Positions 55,645 through 64,000 of a DNA stretch of 64,000 bases are shown piece after piece. Numbering within the stretch: position 1 is the stretch's first letter; every line of letters begins with the position of its first letter. Source of the DNA: Octopus vulgaris (Eukaryota); assembly GCA_951406725.2 (NCBI GenBank), contig OX597824.1, positions 62,434,001-62,498,000 on the forward strand. The letters are read 5' to 3'. Below the pieces are notes generated by a model. It saw only the letters and a list, made by a program, of their open reading frames with translations. It did not search any database and was not told the DNA's origin. The translations under genes and the position numbers were made by a program.

Positions 55645-58560
55645 TATGTCATTCAAAACGTAAACAAAAGCGAAACAACAAAGAAAGTACCATCATAGGT
55701 TTTGAAATGTGACAGAAAGGTAACTGGTTTTCGGCAGACAATCAGCCAGGTAATGAGGCTTATTGCGTGCAAACAATCAAATCGCTATACGTACCACCAA
55801 GAGAAAGTAAAGAAGGAAATTGAAATGATGTTTGCAGAAAGCAAAAAGAAAACACTCATTTGCAGACTAATTACCTTCAAGCAAGAGCTAAAAGCTGTCA
55901 GTGAAAAACTCCGACATCAGAAGAGAATAATCGAGAGAAGAACAAAAAAAAAAAATATAAGTAACCGGAACTAGGCCGCAGTATACAGAGACACAAGAGG
56001 AGAAGGAGCTGTGAACATCAAGAGGCTTCTTCGGGGGAAGACATAGACTCATTCTGGAGGAAAATCTTGAGTGAATAGGTGTTTAACCATGATGCTCTGT
56101 GGCTGAAAGAAATCCAATGAAATTATTTCTCCTGCGATACGCCTTAGATATACAAAATTGATGGTGAAATCTTGAAGCTGTGAACCAAAAATTCCAGGAT
56201 GGAAAACCACCTGGAATTGACTTGATTGTTGGGTATTGTACAAGAAGTTAAATTTTTACCAATGATATCTTAGTAATCTTTACCTTCAAGCTCTCAATGG
56301 GAATAGTAGCATACGACATTGGTTATCTCTGGCAAATATATAATTGATTCCCAAATGCAGAACGACCCTCATGGCAAAACACTGCCGGTCAATAGCATGT
56401 CACAATTTAATGTTAAAGGTATATACTGCATGCGTAAATCTCTTCCTCCAGGACCATTGCCAAACCAGTATCATCACAGCAGAGTAAGCACCAGGGAAGT
56501 AGAGAGTCTAGAGATGTGCTGGGCAATTGTTAATCAAAACTGTGATGCCAGAGGTGCAGGAACATAGGGGGAACCTAATTTCAATGCGGCTAGATTACAA
56601 GAACCCTGTAACTATGTTCCCCACTCATGGATGCTAGAAGCCTTTCAACGTGCCAAAGTTCCAGTGAGAATAGTCAAAGCCAGAGCTGAACTGGCCTCTA
56701 TCTTGAAATTAAATACAACGAGTGACTGTATTATCACTAAAAGAATACAGTATAGCAAACGCATATTCCAAGTTGACAGCCTCTCTGTGATATTGTCTAT
56801 ACTTTCTGTAAACCCCTGCCATTCATGATAAGGAAGTCTAAAGAATATATCACTGGTTCACTAGGAAACAGAAATATCAAAAGTACACAGTGTTTGTTTG
56901 TTTGATAACTTGAAAGTTTATGGAGAAAATATGGACGAGATGCAAAAGAATCTTGATATAGTTACAAGATTCTCAACGGATGTAGGGTTGACGTTTGGTC
57001 AGGATAAATGTTGTTATATGGTTGTGTAAAAGGGGAAACTGTAAATCAGATTAGCAACATCTTCGTCAATGATTTGGCTGTTTCCCCGATATCTGACGAG
57101 GTATGCTACAGGTATATAGGAGTGGATGACAACATAGCTTACAATGGCACCTGTAACACAACACGTCTCACTAAAGAATATTACAGCCGAAAAAAAGAAA
57201 ATTAGGACCTCCAAGCTCTCTGAATTCAATAAATCAGTGACTCACAATGTTTCCAGTGCCAGTTCTCGTACCAAAATTTGGGCTGCTTTCTTGGACGCTT
57301 GGTGAGATCAGAGCCAGTGATGGTAAAACACGAAAAATAATTTCCACTTAAATGGTGACGTAGACCGCCTATACCTAAAACGAAAACAAGGTGGCATACA
57401 CTTTAGATCACTCCAAAATGGCTTTGAATGTTGTATCATATGCCTTCGGCAACATCTTTTAACCACCAAATGTCGAAGTCCATACCTTGATCAAATTTGC
57501 ATACATGAGGCCAATAACAACATAGACTTGGAAGGCATCTCCTTGACCGACATTCTTTGTCTGATAATCTAGAATACATGCCCAAAGAAGTTGCACGACT
57601 CTAACGCAGTGTATCATCAGATCAAAGGGAGAGCCTATATAAGCAGAAGACTATACATGGATGTGTTGGTAAAAAGCTCCGAGATGATAGTAACATTGAT
57701 TATCAAATAAGCTTATCATGGACCAATAACCGGATTATCATCTCCTACATTGAAGGGTACGTGTTTGCAATCCAGGAACAGGAAATATCAACCAAGTACC
57801 TGATGCACAAAAGGGATAAAAATGCAGGAAAAGCAGTATAATGTTAACACCGAAGATATCACATCATAAGCAGTTGCCCGAAAATGTCATCACGGTATAA
57901 TCTACCGATGAGATATGATATTGTAGCTAGGACACTCTATAATGAAAACTGTCGGAAGGATAAACCCAAGGACAAGAAATAAGAACTTACCGTATGGTAG
58001 AAGCCATAGCCACTCATAATAAAAAAGAGTACTGGTAGAATGTCCGAGTGAAAACCTCAAGAAAATGTACGCACAACAATCCAGATTACAAGTTCATGTT
58101 TATACCTGTAATTATTGGGACCCTGGGATATATAAAACACTACCTAAATACCAATCTTGAGAAATTAGGTTTTTCAAAACCGGAAAGGAGAAAGCTAATT
58201 CGAAGACTACAGAATCCATCACTGGAACTGTAAAAATCTGTAAAATTTTCCAGAAGGTTATCATTTAAATATATATGAGCATGTCTAGATATGCACTATA
58301 TGCATGAGAATACATACACAAAATATTAAAATTCCAAATGAAGGAGCCTTGGATCCAGGTTAGGAACTGGCTCTTTCTCTGTTTGCAAGAAATCTTGAAA
58401 CAAAACTGTACTATCCCATACATACATACATAAATACATAACCTGGCGTTGGTGTTGAAATTCCAATGCAGGACTTGAATCTAGATTAGAAACGGGCTCT
58501 TTCTCTATTGGCAAGTAATATTGACATAAACTGAAGAATGACATACATACGTACATACAT
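55645..58560 (+). mobile_element. R4/Dong-like LINE family C with (CATA)n tail, decayed
   Basis: RLDYKNP..VPHSW, RIFQVDSLSV, FDNLKVY, YRYIGVD, DVDRLYLKR, EGYVFAIQEQEI, FIPVIIGTLG, GTVKICKIF. 3'UTR ends in catacatac. Confidence 0.85.
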
Positions 58561-59059
58561 ATCAGTAACGTTTCACATATAAATACAGGAACTGAAGTTA
58601 TTCTCGATGATAAATGTAAATGAATGCAAGTAAAATATCGTATTTTGATATAAATTAATGAATATTTTTAAGGTGCAGTTGGAAATATGTTACACACATG
58701 CTACATGTTCGCTTATATCATAATCACTTATACCATTTTTATTTATTTATTTTTAAATGCCATGAGGTTAATTTCCCGTTTATTCAGTTCAAGGTCTATA
58801 AAATAATGTGCTGGTCAGTTATTGATGTCCATGTAATAGAATCATGCCTCTAAAATTTTACTGGACTTGATCCAAATTAGACCGTTAGAAACAAAACTAT
58901 GCTATTATTCTCCAATCTTGTGAGTGGAATTTCTCCTTTCATTCCTGGGAATGCCAGAAGACAAGCATAGTATTTTACACACATACACACACACACATCG
59001 TATATATTAAATTATATATTAAACCATCTAAACAGGATACTCAATGGCGGCGAAAATTC

Positions 59060-59560
59060 CTCACTGGAAACTACCGGAGATTGAGAAAATCTGAAACGCT
59101 CCTTTGTAAAAGAAAGAGCAGACTAAGAAATCTGTGTTATCGAATATATAAATTGAACCATTAAACCTTATTTAGGTATGCAAAGGAAACAGCTTCCAAG
59201 AACTGGAGGGCAGGGCCGCTCATCCAAAAATATGGTTCCCTCACGGGAAGACCAATACGGATCAGTGAGGTACTGAATGAAAAATCCCAAAGTGCTTACA
59301 CTCAATCCTTACGGCACAGGCAAGACAGCTAAACCTTACAGTTCTTTGCGACTACAGAGGTAAAAACTGAGGCAATAAGAATTACCTTCCAAACAGATCT
59401 GGTCTCCTGTTAAAAGCTGTGGATGAAGCTATCATGAGGTAGGAAACAGAAGAGGGCAGCAACTTCAAAATCACTCTTTCACTAAATGCCACATATCAGA
59501 GGAGATTTCAAGGAGAGTAAGTGTAGCAAAGTTAAAGGAAGTGACCCGGTGGTTGTAGCT
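59060..59560 (+). mobile_element. CR1/L2-type LINE inter-domain fragment
   Basis: Remnants FRYAKETAS..AGPLI..GSLTGRPIRISEVLNE. Confidence 0.45.
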
Positions 59561-61667
59561 CTGGAGCTGGAACTGATAATAGGGGAAGAAACACCTGTAT
59601 TAAGCTAAAATATCTCATATAATGTAATAACTGTAGCTCTCGTTTAGATAATCCAGTGTTAGACAAAATTCAATTAATTACAAACCAGCAAGAATATGGA
59701 AAATAATACAAAATGTTACGGATAATCATAAAGAGAATATGACCGAGGGTATGCACATATTTTATATATGTATGTTCATGAATATATACGTGTGCATTTG
59801 TGTGTGTGTGCGTGTATACATATATATATATATACATATAGCGAGAGTGAGAAGAGAGAAAAAGACACATATAAATGTATATATATATGCATATATATGA
59901 ACATATATATATACACATATACACACACATATATACAGATGTATGTATACTTGGTTGTCTGTATCCATGAATGTGCATGTATACTCACAGTGACAAACTG
60001 ACACACGTAAACACAGACATACAAATATTTGTGTATAATATATTTAAGACGTATATGCATATTATGTATATGTATATATATATATATATACATATACACA
60101 TATATATATTAATATATATGTATATATATATTTATATATATTTAAATATATACATATATATATATATATGTGTGTGCATACTTAAACGGAATCCAAACTC
60201 CACTGTTAGTAGAAATTTAAAGATTAATTTTTTATGAGCCACGTAACTGAAGACATTCTAATTGCTTCTTGAGAATTTCAGAAAGGTATTACAAGTAGTT
60301 TTTATTGTTGCCGTCATCGTCACCATTGCTGAAGCAATTATAGCGAAATTTGTACTGCAATAATAATGATATTTAAACATATATATATATATATATATAC
60401 ATATATAGAAAAAAAAATAATAGCGAGAAGTGATATTTAATTGCATTACTTGGCCTCATAATTGCGACTAATTAATTTTCATAGTCATTTACCCATCTGT
60501 CAGGTCTAATTAGATTTTAATTTGATTTCATTTAATTGCATCATTCAGGGCTGCTCCTTTGATTAGGAAAAAGAAAAAAAATGCCTCATCTTGCAGATAT
60601 TTTAATATGATATATTGTTTCAAGTAACTTCTCCCATTTTAATAGTCCTACGCATTTCATGCTACTGCAGATGAGCCACATATCCATAGGTACATGCGAC
60701 GTAAACATGTTTCAGTACAGACTTTCGGTTTCGCGTCAAAGTATAGTTTAAATATTTATGTTTTCGTTGACTTTAACGGAATCTCGTCGAAAAATGTTTG
60801 ATATGTATGTGTGTTGAGTGAATTTATATTTATATACGTATGTATGACATGAACTTCTCTATAAAAATAATTTAAAATTAGATTGAATGATCAATCAATT
60901 TATTTTGCAACTGAATGATTAATCAATTTATTTTGAAACGAATACATATTTCTAAATTTTCCAAGCAAATGATCAGTCTATACATGTGTGTGTTTGTGAA
61001 ATGTGTATATATTAGTTCGTTATTTACCTGAAAAATAATGAGGCAAGTAAGCAAGCAAGGTCTTTTCAAAAAATGAAATGTTAAACCTAATATGTTGAGT
61101 GCTAAAAATTTATCTGCTAGACCCAGTATATTTATATATTTATCAGCAATTTATGTTAAACACATTGTGTGTGTGAATGCATATATAGATAGATATGTGT
61201 GTATTATAGATCAGGATTCAAGTGAATCAAGCACTTTAAAGATAAGGCACCGGGTCGGGTCGAAAAGTAGAATATGTACACAACAAAAATAGAGGAATAC
61301 ATACGCCGGTACGGAAGTGCAGGGGGAAATACATTGGGGTTATATATATGATTAACTGTGCGCGACTGAATTTATCCATAGCCTTGAGACTAATAAAAAA
61401 AACGCACTAAATATGCGATCCGTAAAACACTTCGGATCTACGCAAGGAGTAGATTCCAAGTGATGTGAATAATAAATGAATAAAATAGATGGCTCATGTG
61501 TCAATGCATTACAGTTGTTTCCATCGAATTTTTAACTGATTTCTGAAAACATTATATCATTAGAAAACAATCGTTTTCATCAGGTGAATACATAAAATTT
61601 AACATTCAAAAACATTCAATATCCAATGGCATGAGCACTTTCATGGTTTCATGAACCTTTGCTGGTC

Positions 61668-61706
<39 letters not shown>

Positions 61707-61709
<3 letters not shown>

Positions 61710-62104
61710 TCTTTTACTTGTTTAAGTCATTTGACTGCGGCCATGCTGGAGCACCGCCTTTAGTCGAGCAAATCGACCCCGGGACTTATTCTTTGTAAGC
61801 CCAGTACTTATTCTATCGGTCTCTTTTTGCCGAACCGCTAAGTGACGGGGACGTAAACACACCAGCATCGGTTGTCAAGCAATGCTAGGGGAACAAACAC
61901 AGACACACAAACACACATACATATATATATATATACATATATACGACAGGCTTCATTCAGTTTCTGTCTACCAAATCCACTCACAAGGCATTGGTCGGCA
62001 CGGGGCTATAGCAGAAGACACTTGCCCAAGATGCCACGCAGTGGGACTGAACCCGGAACCATGAGGTTGGTTAGCAAGCTACTTACCACACAGCCACTCC
62101 TGCG

Positions 62105-62106
<2 letters not shown>
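61707..62106 (-). mobile_element. Full-length tRNA-derived CORE-like SINE inserted in (TA)n
   Basis: A box TGGCTGTGTGG, B box GGTTCAGTCCC, CORE-like tcttgggcaagtg, internal (TA)/(TG) tract; (TA)n on both flanks. Confidence 0.9.
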
Positions 62107-62151
<45 letters not shown>

Positions 62152-62765
62152 TTCGAGAGAGAGAGATACATATATATATATATATATATATATATCCATA
62201 TTCTTCTTCTTCGAGAGAGAGATACATATATATATATATATATATATATATGCGTCAGTGTGTGTGTGTGTCCGTGTGTGTGTGCGCGCGCATAATTGAG
62301 ACTTTTAATCTTTGATGTCCGGTTAATAATACGAGAAATTATACACTCTAGTATTTTTATAGTATTTTAAAACTATGAGAATTTACCTACAATATTCTAC
62401 AATATTCTACATATTCTACAATAAAGACAGGCGGTTTGAAGCAAATGTTCTATTTAAAACTAAATGATAACGCAACGAACATATTTCGTGACTTCCCAGC
62501 ACATTATATGCTGTGAATCAATGGAGAAATTGAGTGGAATAAGGAATTCTGTCCACTATTACTTGGCGACTGATGCTGGACTGTTCGCGTATACTGAACA
62601 GGCGCTGGTGTGAGTGTCTGTGTGTGTATGACTAACAACAGTTCGGTCACAAATTTTAATGCAGTGTTACAACAATTGATAGATAGATAGATATTGACAG
62701 ACAGACAGACAGAAGGTAGACTGATAGACAGACAGACAGAGAATTAGATAGATAAATAGATAGAC

Positions 62766-62800
<35 letters not shown>

Positions 62801-62946
62801 CGGAGAGAGGATAGATAGATATAGATGTTCGCGAAGTTCACAATTTTACATGTTTGTGTGTATTTTTGTAGTAGGTCTTCTTACACCATTCATTCCATGT
62901 ATTTTAAAGACAAAAATACGGATTACAAATCAATACATCCATTAAG

Positions 62947-62981
<35 letters not shown>

Positions 62982-63779
62982 CTTTTGAGAGGTGGGGAGG
63001 TATTTTTTCAAAATATTTTCGTCTCGAGCAAAATAGAAATAATAACCACAATTAGAACTCAAAAATATCTAATGAGAATTCTTCATTTTGGATATTGTCT
63101 TCAATGTGGGAATATGGTTCAACACAATATATGCCAATGGCCCATTGCCTAGTTGCTCTCAACAAAATCGCATTTTAATGCATATGAATTTTCTAAAAAA
63201 CATTCTCAATGTTTGGCAATTAATTGATTGCATGTTGTGTTCCTATATATAACGCTTTGTCAACAAAAGTTATATATCATATCTCATTGACATACTGAAT
63301 TTCTGGTGCAGATATCTAAGAATCGTAAATATTACGAGGCATTTACATACGAATGTACAAAGAGTTGTATATACACATGCATTCCACACACGCATGCATA
63401 CATAGTATATATTGTTCATGTACGTATAGTGTGTATATATTACGGGGGTTCGCTTGCGCATGTGTATATACACACAAATAGATTGTTTATGCATACACTC
63501 ATAAATAATCTGTTTTGCATACATAAACACACGCACGCACACACACACACGCACACACATGCTCCTCGTTCGGTAAACAGTGAATTTCAGAGCAAGTTCT
63601 ATTAGTACATATAGCTTCCTAAATATTATATATATATATCTATATATATATATATGTATACATGACGAAAAAAAAGTAGCATCAGTATATTTGAATAATA
63701 TGTTGAATCATGTTAAGGGTTACTTCGGATACGCATATTTCGTATGTAAACACTTATGTGAAGAAATATTGCTTTGTTG

Positions 63780-63950
63780 TGTATTTCGTCTACTTTTATG
63801 TTCTGAGTTTAAATTCACCGAGATCGATTTTGCCTTTTGTCCTTTCGGGTCAATAACTTGCGTACATTTGCTTACTGGGGTCGATCCAAACGATTGGCCA
63901 CCCCTCCCCCAAAATTTCGGATCTTATGCCTAAAATAGAAAGGAATATTA
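63780..63950 (+). mobile_element. Meta-SINE 3' unit
   Basis: Matches 30888-31049. Confidence 0.8.
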
Positions 63951-64000
63951 CTTTCTGGCGAGAGTGTATTATGTGAAACAATTTTTTTAAATATATTTTC

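Overview
AT-rich, microsatellite-dense eukaryotic DNA with no convincing host protein-coding gene, consistent with a large intron or gene desert. The SINE families and repeat landscape look like a coleoid cephalopod, probably Octopus (inference from my recognition, not a search). Nearly all listed ORFs are microsatellite translations or decayed transposons. Contents: (1) several R4/Dong-clade LINE families, mostly stacked in one orientation inside (TAA)n tracts, with one near-full-length copy at 23933-27717; (2) a ~555-bp non-coding element found only in those arrays; (3) Penelope-like elements (PLEs) of apparently three clades (Neptune, Poseidon, Naiad) with degenerate minimal hammerhead ribozymes; (4) tRNA-derived Meta-domain and CORE-like SINEs; (5) Tx1/L1, CR1/L2, mariner and maT remnants; (6) long fold-back palindromes/MITEs. 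Most notable is a reconstructable unit, tRNA-like head + (AAT)n + hammerhead-bearing PLE-type tail. It may be a Penelope-mobilised SINE, and the internal (AAT)n of a related unit appears to be the landing pad for Dong LINEs. Alignments were done by eye, so boundaries of decayed elements are approximate.
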